From contig NC_068983.1 in assembly GCF_001194135.2 (NCBI RefSeq), positions 99,594,932-99,658,931 of the forward strand: a stretch of DNA of 64,000 nucleotides, in the 5' to 3' direction. Position numbers and translations under genes: made by a program. The notes beneath the pieces were generated by a model, which had not been told where the DNA came from, made no database searches, and was given only the letters and a program-made list of their open reading frames with translations. This DNA comes from Octopus bimaculoides. Taxonomy: Eukaryota. Below, one piece after another: positions 1 through 10,695 of the stretch; position 1 is the stretch's first letter; each line of letters opens with the position of its first letter.

Positions 1-219
1 AACATGGCCGCTTTCGTGCAGGTGACATGTAAAAGCACCCACTACACTCTCTAAGTGGTTGGCGTTAGGAAGGGCATCCAGCTGTAGAAACTCTGCCAAA
101 TTAGATTGGAGCCTGGTGTTGCCATCCGGTTTCACCAGTCCTCAGTCAAATCGTCCAACCCATGCTAGCATGGAAAGCGGACGTTAAACGATGATGATGA
201 TGATGATGATGATGATGAT
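1..219 (+). mobile_element. 3' tail of RTE-type LINE/SINE family ending in (GAT)n
   Basis: Near-identical to 29640-29833 and to the 3' end of the RT-bearing copy at 34460-35840. Ends GGACGTTAAAC(GAT)n. Runs off the window start. Confidence 0.8.
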
Positions 220-1365
220 AGTGGTGAACAATGAAAATGAGTGTTCAATTCAGCATTTGGTGGATGAAAACTCTTTATTTGTGGATTTACAATCCTACCA
301 TTGATTTCAGGCAAAAACATCACAATTATCAAGTGTTCTACTTAAAAATGGATAGCCTTATTCAAAATAGGATGAATTCCAAACATTTTAAAGTGGAATG
401 CCTAGTAATTGCAATGTTTTCCTGTGAAACCAATGGTAGCATTGTAAATCCATGTGTGTGTGTGTGTGTCTGTCTGTATGTGTGCACATGTGCACATTAC
501 TGTCTCCTTGTCTTGACATTACATGATAGTTGTAAACAAGTAGTCAGCATCATACACATAGTGCCCTTCATTTCCCATCTTCTGTGAAAATGTTTGGCTA
601 TGGGGAAATATTACCTAATTTGGGAACAAGAGAGGGTTGGTGGCAGGAAAGGCACTGAACTGTAGCTGTAGAAAATCTGTCTTGACGAATTTTGTCCAAT
701 CCATACAAGCATATATTGATGATGATGAACAGATTTTTTTTTTTTTCCTGATGGCACATAGGAAATTCAGGTTGGCTTTTTAAATTTATACTACACCTAT
801 AATGTATAGCACTGAATTATGCTAAATATTGATACCATCAAGGATCTAACTGAGAATTGCAAACTGAAAATTCGGCTTAAATTGTTCTGGAAAGAGAATT
901 CAGTTTTCTGGTGAGCTCTATTAATGTGATAAAAATAACTGATTGAGAGGGTCCTTGTAAAGGCTAGTTAAAAATAAAATTTTTATAATAATAATAATAT
1001 CTTACAGAATGTAAAACAGTCTCAGAGCAAAACATTTTAAAAAACTTTCCACTATTTATTATGCCTTTTAATGATTTTACACTTTTTTTAGTGAATGTAC
1101 ATTTCTCAGAGTAACAGTGATTAGATCAGGATCCAAATTTAAACGGAGTGGATTGCAAGATAAAAATTATCACAGCTAGATGACTTTCCTAATTACAACC
1201 ATTTAAACAGTCACCAATTTTTCAGTCAGTATATACATTACAATGATTTGAACTTGAAGATATATTAACCTAAATAAAAGGTAATGAAAAAGTACAGAAT
1301 TAAGAACGTTGCAAAATAAATAAATAAATATTTTAACTGAAGATTCAAATTAATATAATACATAC

Positions 1366-1400
1366 GCATCAGGTCCATCCCAAGTCCAAGTTATAGTATC
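1366..1400 (-). CDS. LPCAT: LPCAT-like exon E (35 nt): DTITWTWDGPD-A(partial)
   Basis: ttttcAG|GAT ACT ATA ACT TGG ACT TGG GAT GGA CCT GAT GC|GTatgt. Matches the DTITWTW motif of LPCAT1/2. Phase 0 start fits exon D. Not in the ORF track. Confidence 0.92.
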
Positions 1401-1755
1401 CTGAAAATATCATTTTGCAAAAACTTTAATATTGCTTATAAAAAAATTCATTTTTGCAAATATAAGAACAATATATAGTTAATGACTTTGTAGTTAGAGA
1501 GTATGAGTAAATATAAAAGTACTGAAGAAAGGATAAATACCTAATTTAATATCAAATTAATTTAGTTTCTTCAGACACTGATCTTTCAGTCTTTGATTCA
1601 TACTATATTTTACCTCTTACTTGCTTCTTAATAGTTATGTTGAGGTTTGCCTAACATCATTAATTAAGTTATCCACATAAGATGTTGGCTCCAGCATAAA
1701 GTATTATTTAGTGATCAACTTCAATTAATGCTGACTGTATTAGAGGTATGCTTAA

Positions 1756-1975
1756 CCTCTTAACATTTAAACTGGCCATATCCTGCTCAAATATTCTACC
1801 TGCTTTATGTTCAAGCCAGCTAGGTCCTGCCTCTCACACCTACCCAACAATGTTTTTCTAAAGATAAACTGTCACATCATCAAAATCTTGAAGCTACAAA
1901 ATAATGAATGATTAATTCAAAACAATGTCCATAAATAAGGATTACATTTGAAAAAGTAATCTGAATGCTAAAGGG
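1756..1975. mobile_element. piggyBac-like MITE (about 220 bp), copy 1 of 4
   Basis: TTAA on both sides. Termini CCTCTTAACATT / AATGCTAAAGGG. Same internal sequence at 18209, 31974 and 33032. Confidence 0.7.
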
Positions 1976-2096
1976 TTAAACATATAAATAAGATTTAACC
2001 ATAAAATACAAAGGTTATAATTAATGACAAGCACGACTACCACTACCATTTTATGCAATCAGAATATTTTACATTGGAATGCTATAAATTACTTAC

Positions 2097-2155
2097 CAAT
2101 TTATTAGGGTAACGAACGCATACAGGCTGAACAGGGACACCAGGATAAAAAGCAC
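2097..2155 (-). CDS. LPCAT: LPCAT-like exon D (59 nt): (G)AFYPGVPVQPVCVRYPNKL
   Basis: tacAG|GT GCT TTT TAT CCT ... AAT AAA TTG|GTaagt. Matches the LPCAT GAFxPGxPVQPV..RYPNKL block. Phase 1 in, phase 0 out. Confidence 0.93.
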
Positions 2156-3230
2156 CTGTACATATACAGACACAAATAATAATCATTACGATTATGATAA
2201 TGACTATAATTTTCTTGTACATAAACAATATCTTAAAGTAAAAGGATAATGCTTTTACTTTTTAAAATATTACTATATAGATTATTCCCCTTATGAGATA
2301 AAAACCATATTTATTCAGATATAATATGCACTCATATATAATGCATAGCCCTAATTATGGACAATGAAATCCTGGAAAACATTTATCTCTATGTTTCCAC
2401 TGAATTTTCCTTTGTGTCATTTAAGGTTATCAGCAGAGATTGCAGTCGGCAAGTCCTATTACAATTCATTATTAAAAGAATTATTCAGTCAGATTTATTT
2501 TAATTAGTGAATAAAATGCTGAAGGAAATCATACCACCTTGTTTCCAACTAAAACACTTTATGCATTCAACATGAAATTAAAAAGCAAATTCAAACTTTA
2601 CAGGTATAAGCTGCAAAATTAATGCCCTAGAAATCAATTACATTTTGATCACATTTACTTTTCAGTTTGTGCAGTTGTGTTAGGAGGAGAGGGTGTTTTA
2701 AACATGAATATGTGTTTATTACAAAGTTGTGAGTTTCAATTATGACATTTAAATGAACATTGTGCAGAAATAGAAAGTGAAAGCAATCTTGATGTAAATG
2801 AAAATGGGAATTGGGTAGCTGGTTGTTATTTTGGATGTTCTAAGTCAATATCCAACTCTAGTATAAATGCAAATCCAAGCTCCATTCCATTCTTTAGGCA
2901 AAAAAGTCAAACAGGAAAATCTGCTACATTTCCTAAGTTTGAAAAGGTGGTGATGATGTGAGTGAAGGAATGCAGAAAGGCCAATATTAGAGTTAGCACA
3001 ACTAATATACACCTTAAGGAATAATGTCTGACAACTTCAGGACTACTGTTGAGTGGACTCAGTGTTTTACAGAGACATGAGCTGTCAATTTATTGATAGA
3101 CTCACACAGTACAAAAGTACAAGCTACAAGAGTTACAGGAAACTAAGAAGTATGATCTGTAACAGATTGAAAATGCAGATCAGACACTGCTGGCCTACGA
3201 TATGCCTTATCTATAAACAATAACTATTTT

Positions 3231-3292
3231 ATGACCCTTGAAGTTAACTATTAACCACTGGTAATGACCCTTGAAATTAACTATCAACCACT
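3231..3292. repeat. 33-bp-period tandem duplication
   Basis: ATGACCCTTGAAGTTAACTATTAACCACT at 3231 and ATGACCCTTGAAATTAACTATCAACCACT at 3264. Confidence 0.8.
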
Positions 3293-3849
3293 ACTTAATT
3301 TCAAGTATCAGAAAATAAGTTACAATTTACAGTGATACTAGTTGTTGCTGGCAATGGAAAAATAGCTGCTGGTACATATTGTCTTTAAGAAAATGACTTA
3401 GTCTGATGAGACACTTACAAAAGAAAAAGGTGTGGTTTGTTGCAGAGATAACAAGTGGTTAGTTTAAAACCAATGTATTCAGACAGCATGTTGAAAATGC
3501 CATCTTCTTGGTGCTTGATACATTTAGATACCATTAAGAGTAGAATGTAAAACAGCTGTAATCCATGGAGACAAATCTTGCCATTATTTTTGGTGGAATA
3601 ACTACTCATCTATAACCACTAAGTGTCGGTCAGTATTAACAAGCTGTTCAAGTAGTATGCTCATATCAAGTGAAACCAGTGGTTGGCAGAGGAGTACAAG
3701 TTCATCATTCCAACAGGTTGCATTCACCAACTAGAGCTTTCCTTTTGCATACATGGATAATGAAAACCAGGCAGAACTTTGAAACCATCCTAGTGAGCAT
3801 TATTTACATTATTTACATTTGACGGATATTTGTCATCTTGTTTGTTGTT

Positions 3850-3892
3850 AACACGTTTCGGCTGATATACTCTCCAGCCTTCATCAGGTGTC
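3850..3892 (-). ncRNA. Degenerate minimal hammerhead ribozyme motif in left pLTR arm
   Basis: Minus strand GACAC-CTGATGA-A-GGCTG(gagagtatat)CAGCC-GAAA-CGTGTT. Has the core and a 5-bp stem II, but is 3 nt shorter than the right-arm copy after GAAA. Confidence 0.55.
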
Positions 3893-4702
3893 TTGGGGAA
3901 ATTTCGAACCTGGGTTCTCATTCCTAAGGTATTTTTCAATGTTATTATTATTATTGTTATTATTATTACTATTATTACTACCTGAAATCGAACTTGGAAT
4001 CTTGGAGTTAGTAGCCCGCGCTCTTAACCACTATGCTATATGCCCGTGGGCAATTATGGAGTGAATTTTAGGGCTTATAAATCTAATACTTTCCTGTCCT
4101 TCCTTAATACCGGTTCCCATATGCTATTCATATCTGCATTCGGTCTGCTTAGGAGGTTGTTGTGTCCTAGCATATGTGCTGCTTCTTTTAGTTTTCGTAT
4201 TTTCCAGTGGTGTTCTCTGTCTATTATTTTAACTTCATCACACAGGGATGACATCAGGACAGTATTCAAGAGTAATACAACACTTCGCAAATATCTCCTT
4301 CAGGTAAAACCAGCACTAGAAGAGAATATGACCAAAAACTGCATGTACTCCATCCCATGCAGCTGTGGTAGGTTATACAAAGGCAAAACATGCCGCCCCC
4401 TCAAAATAAAGGTAGAGGAACATCGCAGAGCTGTGACATGAGGAGATATTGAAAAATTGGGTACAGCTGATCGTGTATGGAAAAATGGAGACCACCTCCC
4501 CCTGTGGAATGAAGTTAAAATAATAGACAAAGAACACCACTGAAAAATATGAAAACTAAAAGAAGCAGCACAAATGCTAGGACACAACAACCTCCTAAGC
4601 AGACCAAGTGCAGATATGAATAGCATATGGGAACCGGTATTAAGAAAGGATAGGAAAATATTAGATTTATAATCCCTAAGAAAACACTCCATAATTGCCC
4701 AT

Positions 4703-4775
4703 GGACATATGGCTTAGTGGTTAAGAGCGCGGGCTACTAACCCCAAGATTCCAAGTTCAATTCCAGGCCGTGACC
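4703..4775 (+). pseudogene. tRNA-like Pol III cassette inside the Penelope pLTR (mirror copy at 3981-4045, minus strand)
   Basis: A box TGGCTTAGTGG (4710-4720), B box GTTCAATTCC (4755-4764), anticodon-arm-like GGG-CTACTAA-CCC. The acceptor stem is imperfect, so this is not called a tRNA gene. Followed by an (AAC/AAT)n tract. Confidence 0.6.
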
Positions 4776-4848
4776 TCAACAACAACAATAATAATAATAA
4801 TAATAACAACATCGAAAGAATGAGAACCCAGGTTTAAAATTTCACCAA

Positions 4849-4894
4849 GACACCTGATGAAGGCCGGAGTGTATATCAGCCGAAATGTTGTGTT
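4849..4894 (+). ncRNA. Minimal type-I hammerhead ribozyme motif in right pLTR arm
   Basis: GACAC-CTGATGA-A-GGC(cggagtgtatatca)GCC-GAAA-TG-TT-GTGTT. Stem I GACAC/GTGTT closes around the core. TG is the likely CpG-decayed form of the CG seen in the left copy. Confidence 0.6.
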
Positions 4895-5432
4895 AACAAC
4901 AAACAAAATAAGGACAAATATCCACCAAATGTAAATAATGTACATAATTTCTCATCTCTTAAATATAGAACCATTCTAGTGAGGTCTTTCAAAGAAAGCT
5001 GCATCACAAATGCTCAGAATAGCAGTGAAAGGGACATTCTTTTTGAGGAACAAGTTGAAGACTCAGTAAATGATGACAACATCAACATAACTAAGATATA
5101 TATTACACTGACAACATAGACAATGAGGTCTTGGAGTCTGTCTTCACCACAGAAAATAGTGAATTAAATATCCATGGTTTCAGAGGTGAATCACCAGTTT
5201 TTGAAATATGAACTGTTAAATTTCTAAGCTATGCACACAAACTGAAAGTAAATGTCCTAAGTTTTAACTGAATTTAGCAAATGGAAAATCTGACTGAAAC
5301 TGACAATAATGAACTGTGCTTAATTTTGTAGCATTACATCACTGTTTTGTTATTTGTGCATTGATGAAGTTCACATTCTATTAAAACATTTTAAACCACT
5401 CTAATATTTTGTTACTGGTTTATTGCAAATCT

Positions 5433-5817
5433 GTGGAGGCGCAATGGCCCAGTAGTTAGAGCAGCGGACTAGCGGTCATAAGATTGTGGTTTCTATTCCC
5501 AGACCGGGCGTTGTGAGTGTTTATTGAGCGAAAACACCTAAAGCTCCACGAGGCTCCGGCAGGGGATGGTGGCGAACCCTGCTGTAATCTTTCACCACAA
5601 CTTTCTCTCACTCTTTCTTCCTGTTTCTGTTGTGCCTGTAATTCAAAGGGTCAGCCTTGTCACACTGTGTCACGCTGAATATCCCCAAGAACTACGTTAA
5701 GAGTACATGTGTCTGTGGAGTGCTCAGCCACTTGCACGTTAATTTCATGAGCAGACTGTTCCGTTGATCGGATCAACTGGAACCCTCGATGTCGTAAGCG
5801 GCGGAGTGCCAACAACA
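5433..5817 (+). mobile_element. Full-length tRNA-derived SINE (family A)
   Basis: tRNA-like head GGAGGCGCAATGGCCCAGTAGTTAG..., (AAC)n tail, 11-bp TSD ATTGCAAATCT (5422-5432 and 5818-5828). Second copy at 40399-40785. Confidence 0.88.
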
Positions 5818-6279
5818 ATTGCAAATCTAATATTATGGGACATAAATTGTGTTGACACTAACAATGCTAACAACAGCATCTATTTAGTGTACCAAATTAC
5901 ACACAACTTTGTATGAATTTCTGTCTAGATAACAGCAGTGTATTAATAGCAATATCAATTTTTATTGTTATATTTGGGATGGTCATTTTTGTATTTTTTG
6001 CCAAATAACAATTTTATTTTCTGATTACTTTATATTAAAATATGAACAAATTTTTTCAAGTACAGATGTGTAGCCAGCAAGGTGAGAATTAACAATGAAT
6101 TTAGTGTCAAATTTAGCATGTTCACAGGATCCCATTAGGGCTCAGTTCTTAGGCCCTCCTGCTTATTATAGCCTCCCAGTCCATAACAGAAAAATTTGAG
6201 ATCAACTGTTCAAATGAATTCCTAGTTCATAAAACTAGATCTGTAGATTTATGAACAAAATTCCTGGCAAGAATCAAAA

Positions 6280-7110
6280 AGCCTCAAAGTAAACTCAGCA
6301 AAAGCTAAAGTTTTAGTAAGAAGGCGGAACCCTGCTACCCTCAGTGGATTGGTCATGCTTGATAAGCAGGAAATGAGTAGGTAGAAATTCCATGCTATGT
6401 ACTCAGAAAAACTATGGACACACGAGAGATACAGCTGACAAAGAAAGTAGACTTAGAATGCAGCAGATGCACAAAGAAAGTCAGTAGTGAGTAGATGTGA
6501 AATAGATTCTTTCAAATACCCAAATGACTCCCTAGTAATAAATTGGTAGCTTCTTGTGGCCTAGAAAATATAATTAGAAGTGAAAGTGGATGTTCTGAAT
6601 GCATAATTGCCAAAGTAAGAACAGGGTGGAAATATTTAGAGAGCTATTATCATTACTGGTTACAAAGGGATTCTCTCCCTCTCAGTGAAGAGCAATATTG
6701 TATGATGCTATATGGTGAGCAAGACATGGGCTTTGAATGCAGTGGATTTGCTAAAGACTAGAAAGAAATGATGCAAGTATGATACCATGGATGTGTGTAT
6801 GAGCAATGAAATAGAAGTGAGCTGAGAGAAAAGATGGATATAAAAAGGAATCAAATGTAGTGCGCAAAAGAGACGACTACTGGTAGAGGTATGTATGTGG
6901 AGGAAGTCAGTTATGTAAAGAAGTGCTAAGGAGTCAAAGTGGATAGAACATGTGGAAGGAAGAGACCTATAGGACATGGGATGAATTAGTGAAGACTGAT
7001 CTTAAGAGGCTGAATTTCAAGGAGATGGTGAATACCTACAATGGCTGACAACACATAGTGCTAGAAAAGAGCTACTCACTTGTGCAAGCATGGCATAACA
7101 GACATTGAAC
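6280..7110 (+). mobile_element. Decayed RTE LINE fragment (RT C-terminal region and tail)
   Basis: Remnant peptide SGCSECIIAKVRTGWKYL parallels the SGYSESAVV..IRIAWAKFRELL region of the copies at 34.7 kb and 27.9 kb. Many stops. Confidence 0.65.
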
Positions 7111-8346
7111 AGTTCCTAGACTAGTTCTATTGTGCATCAATAGATGGCAGCATACAGTTGCATATGCAGTGAGAGCTAGCAGTGACCTTCATGAGGCAGT
7201 GTGCCAAGTGACATCGTTATGTTTACTGTGGAAATTTGTGTTTTTGTAATCGCATGTATGCTGAAGTCTTATTTTTGTCATGGACAGGAAGTTGGAACAA
7301 AGAGCCAACGTGAAATCTTGTGTTAAACTTGGGAAGTCTTCTACAGAGACATTGAGCATGCTTTGACAAGCTTACGTTGATGAGGCAATGGGTCATATGC
7401 AAAGTTTCAAGTGGCACGAGTTCTTCAAAAGCAGAACATCCCTGGAAGATGATGTGCTATCTGGAAGACCTGCCACAAGCAGCACCCGCAAAAATGTGGA
7501 GAAAATTCATCAGTTTGTGTATGAGGATCATTGGAGGACAATCAACAACATTGCTGATGTTGTTGGTCTTTTGTATGGGTGTGTGCAGGCAATCCTACTG
7601 TCTGGATTGAACATGCAGTGTGTCTCTGCCAAGTTTGTCCCCCACCTGCTGACCACTGAGCAGAAAAAACATTGCATCAAAGTCTTTCAAGATCTCCGTC
7701 AGTGTGCCACTGATGACCCATCCTTCATGTCAAGGATGATCACCAGTGATGAGGATTGGGTCTACAGGTATGACCCTGAGATAAAGCAGCAGCTGTCACA
7801 ATAGAAGATGCCTTCACCTCTGCAACCGTAGTTCAATCAAGAGTATGCTTCTCATTTTTTTCAACATCTGCGGTATTATGCATCTAAAATTCATCCCCCA
7901 GAGCCATACTGTCAATCAAGGGTCCTACTGTGATGTTTTGAAGCATTTGAGGGAGGACATTTGGTGAAAGTGACTGGATCTGTGGAGCGTGAAGAATTAG
8001 ACTCTTCATGATGACAGAGCACCCTGTCACTGAGTTCTCCTCACTCGTGAATTTCTTGTCCAAAACAACATGATATTGCTTCTGCACCCACCCTAGTCAC
8101 CAGATTAAATCTGCGGACTTCTATCTCTTCCCCCAAATAACAATGCAGCTCAAAGGTTGCTGTTGTCAATATCCAGAGCAAGTCACAGAAAAATGACTTC
8201 CAAGCCAGATTCCAAAAGTGATAGGAATGCTAGGACTAGTGTATTGCTGTGGAAAGTAACTATTTCAAAGGAGATGATGTTAAAACTTGGGTAAATAAGT
8301 TATTTTCTATTAAACATAACTAGTCCGGGAACTTTTTGATACCACG
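7111..8346 (+). mobile_element. Decayed mariner transposon
   Basis: ORF 7388-7804 has mariner-type motifs (SGRP, VSAKFVPHLLT = WVPxxL, DEDWVYRYDPE). 3' TIR AACTAGTCCGGGAACTTTTTGATACCACG followed by TA. The 5' TIR is partial (AGTTCCTAGACTAGTT at 7111). Confidence 0.85.
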
Positions 8347-9556
8347 TATCAAAAAGTTCCTGTTAAATTGCCATTTACTCTCTCATCTTTGTTACCCTCT
8401 CATTTGTCATTCTCTTTCCATACTGCCTGTGTAATGAGATAGTACACTGCATCTATTCATAATCAATCTCCACATACCACCACCTTTATCACACTACTTT
8501 CTCCAATCACAACACCTGTGTAATGAGAGATGGTTTCAGATCTCTCCATATTTTGCTTCTTCCATTGCACTGGTTCTCCACCATCATTCTTATTCCCCCA
8601 ATACACTACTCACACTTTTATTTAATTCAGTCCCTTTACCAATAAGTTACATGTAGCTGCTATCTCTCTTCTGTAACAACTTCCTGTATTACTTTCTCAG
8701 TCCTATCACTGCGTTTTCCCCCATCATACTGGGACGATTCTTTAATGGGTAACAAGACAACTTACTAATACTGGTATCGCAATAAAATGCATCCAGTACA
8801 CTGTGTGAAATGGTTAGTATTAAGAAGGACATCCAATTATAGAAACTATGCCAAATATGAAGTGTACGAATAAGATGTGGCTCCATGGTTATCTAAGAGG
8901 TCAGTAAGAGTTCTAAATAAGAACTAAACATAAAAAGGATGATGATGATCATGATCATGATCATCATAGTTTAGGTACACACTAGTTAATATGACCTCTG
9001 ATAAGAGTGGCTGTGTTTGGTGACTATTCTTTGTGAATATCATGCACTATATATCAAAATTTGCACTAAAAGGGTAAAATTTACACCTTTAATACATACT
9101 TGTAAAACATTTAGCTTATATAATAAAAAAAACATCTGTCATCCATTCCCCAACCTAAAGCTTGGGGAACTGATGTTACTCCTGGTCAAACCATCCCAAG
9201 AAAGTCAAGTACTTGGCCATGAAAAAATGGGATAACAATTAATTCTTGTGTGTAATGCACACTCCAAATTTTAAGCTTTAAAAATCTGGAAAAAAAGTGT
9301 GTACAGACTAAAGTGAACAGATTCTGTCAATATGCCTAAGAGTCTGATCCAATGTTTTTCTAGATTAATTATAGTTAACCATTCAGTAGAATCATAATTT
9401 AACTGATATAAAATAATTGAAAGATAATGAGAATATTATAATACTATACTGCAATGTGACAATAAATGATTACTAAAACAAAAGTGTTAATGAGTATGTA
9501 ATTAAAAGGATTGGTTTCAATAATATAAAGCTACTAATAATATTTCATAACCTCAC

Positions 9557-9730
9557 CTGGCTTAAACCCTATCAAACAAGATCTGTTGGTGCATGTCCCT
9601 TCAGGAAAAATAACAATTTGTGGCCATGCTCCTTTTGAATGAGCTCTCTTGTTGATTTCTTTGATTGTATTAAGTCGGGAATTAGGGTCTTCTCGAGATA
9701 CAAATACTGGCTGAGTGAACTGGATCAGTT
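9557..9730 (-). CDS. LPCAT: LPCAT-like exon C (174 nt): (K)LIQFTQPVFVSREDPNSRLNTIKEINKRAHSKGAWPQIVIFPEGTCTNRSCLIGFKP(G)
   Basis: ttttcAG|AA CTG ATC ... AAG CCA G|GTgagg. Contains the acyltransferase PVFVSR and FPEGT motifs. Phase 1 at both ends. Confidence 0.95.
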
Positions 9731-9771
9731 CTGAAAATTTCAAATAGTACACATAGAAGCTAATCTATTTC

Positions 9772-9778
9772 ACACACA

Positions 9779-9816
<38 letters not shown>

Positions 9817-9828
9817 TATATATATATA
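9772..9828. repeat. (CA)n-(TA)n microsatellite 40-100 nt upstream of the exon C acceptor
   Basis: Read directly. It is (UG)n in the pre-mRNA. Confidence 0.9.
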
Positions 9829-10380
9829 TCAAAAAAATAGAAAACAATATAATATTGAACATAATTCAAAAGTAAAACTTGTTTTAATACCTTGTCCTGT
9901 ATGATATTACATTAAAGCAGAATACTCATTACAGAAAAGAGCTCATGCTAAATCAGTTAGTTTAATATGTCTGCACTGTTCCTAAATTAACATCAGAAAC
10001 TACACCATGAAAAAGTTAGCAGTTGCTAAGATATGCTGAACAAATCACCTTCTCATTCATTGTGAGAGACAGAGAAATAGAGATAGAAAGAACTGAAAGC
10101 AAAGTTAAGAAACAAGACTAGAATTTCAAAAGCCACAAACTCAAAGCACAGTATTTAACTTTTACTGTTTGCCTCAAACAGCTTATGTCAGAATGGATAT
10201 TTCTATATAAGATACCCATTTATAAAAATTAATGTTGGTTAAATTTTCCTTGTCCCATATGTGAGGCTGGATAGGACAGGAATTTTGATCCTTTGGGAAC
10301 CAAAATGTTTTATGCACGTAACTTAGTAGCATAGGCTAAATAAAGTTTATAAATAATCTATAATTACAAGTACATTAATA

Positions 10381-10695
10381 GAGTCTTTTTTTTTAAAAAA
10401 AAAAAAAGGCTTAAGCTGACCTAACATTAACTCTTCAAAGATTCCTCTAGTGACTAACAGAACAATATGAAAAAAGCTAAAGAGAAATTGATGTCTCTTT
10501 ATAATAGATTAGCCTTTCTTACAAGAAAATAAAAGGAGTCTTTGATTAATAGATGGAAAAAAAAAAAACAGCTCTAGCTGACCTAACATCAACTCTTCAA
10601 TGATTACTCTTGTGACAAACAGGACTATAACCAAACAAAAAGAGAATGGATTATCTCAAACTGATGCCTGTCTATAGCAGATTAACCTAAATCTT
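10381..10695. repeat. Diverged tandem duplication, period about 162 bp
   Basis: AGCTGACCTAACAT-A/C-AACTCTTCAA..GTGAC.AACAG..AGAGAA...ATAG(A/C)..AGATTA.CCT, starting at 10414 and again at 10576. Confidence 0.75.

Larger units (their letters stand above)
3798..4968 (+). mobile_element. 5'-truncated Penelope-like element: GIY-YIG endonuclease remnant with inverted pseudo-LTR arms
   Basis: Peptide KNCMYSIPCSCGRLYKGKTCRPLKIKVEEHRRAV..IIDKEHH..KLKEA is PLE GIY-YIG-like and interrupted by stops. Arms 3805-4238 and 4509-4942 are inverted copies. Flanked by AACCATCCTAGTGAG (3783-3797) and AACCATTCTAGTGAG (4969-4983), a 15-bp TSD with 1 mismatch. Confidence 0.85.

Noticed and set aside
1-1365. Search for the exon after DTITWTW
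   Set aside because: No segment resembling the expected LWLTLCQ..VEIE peptide with proper splice sites. Probably outside the window.
4703-4775. Genuine tRNA gene
   Set aside because: The acceptor stem does not pair properly, the apparent ACT anticodon is atypical, and the sequence is duplicated as part of the Penelope arms.
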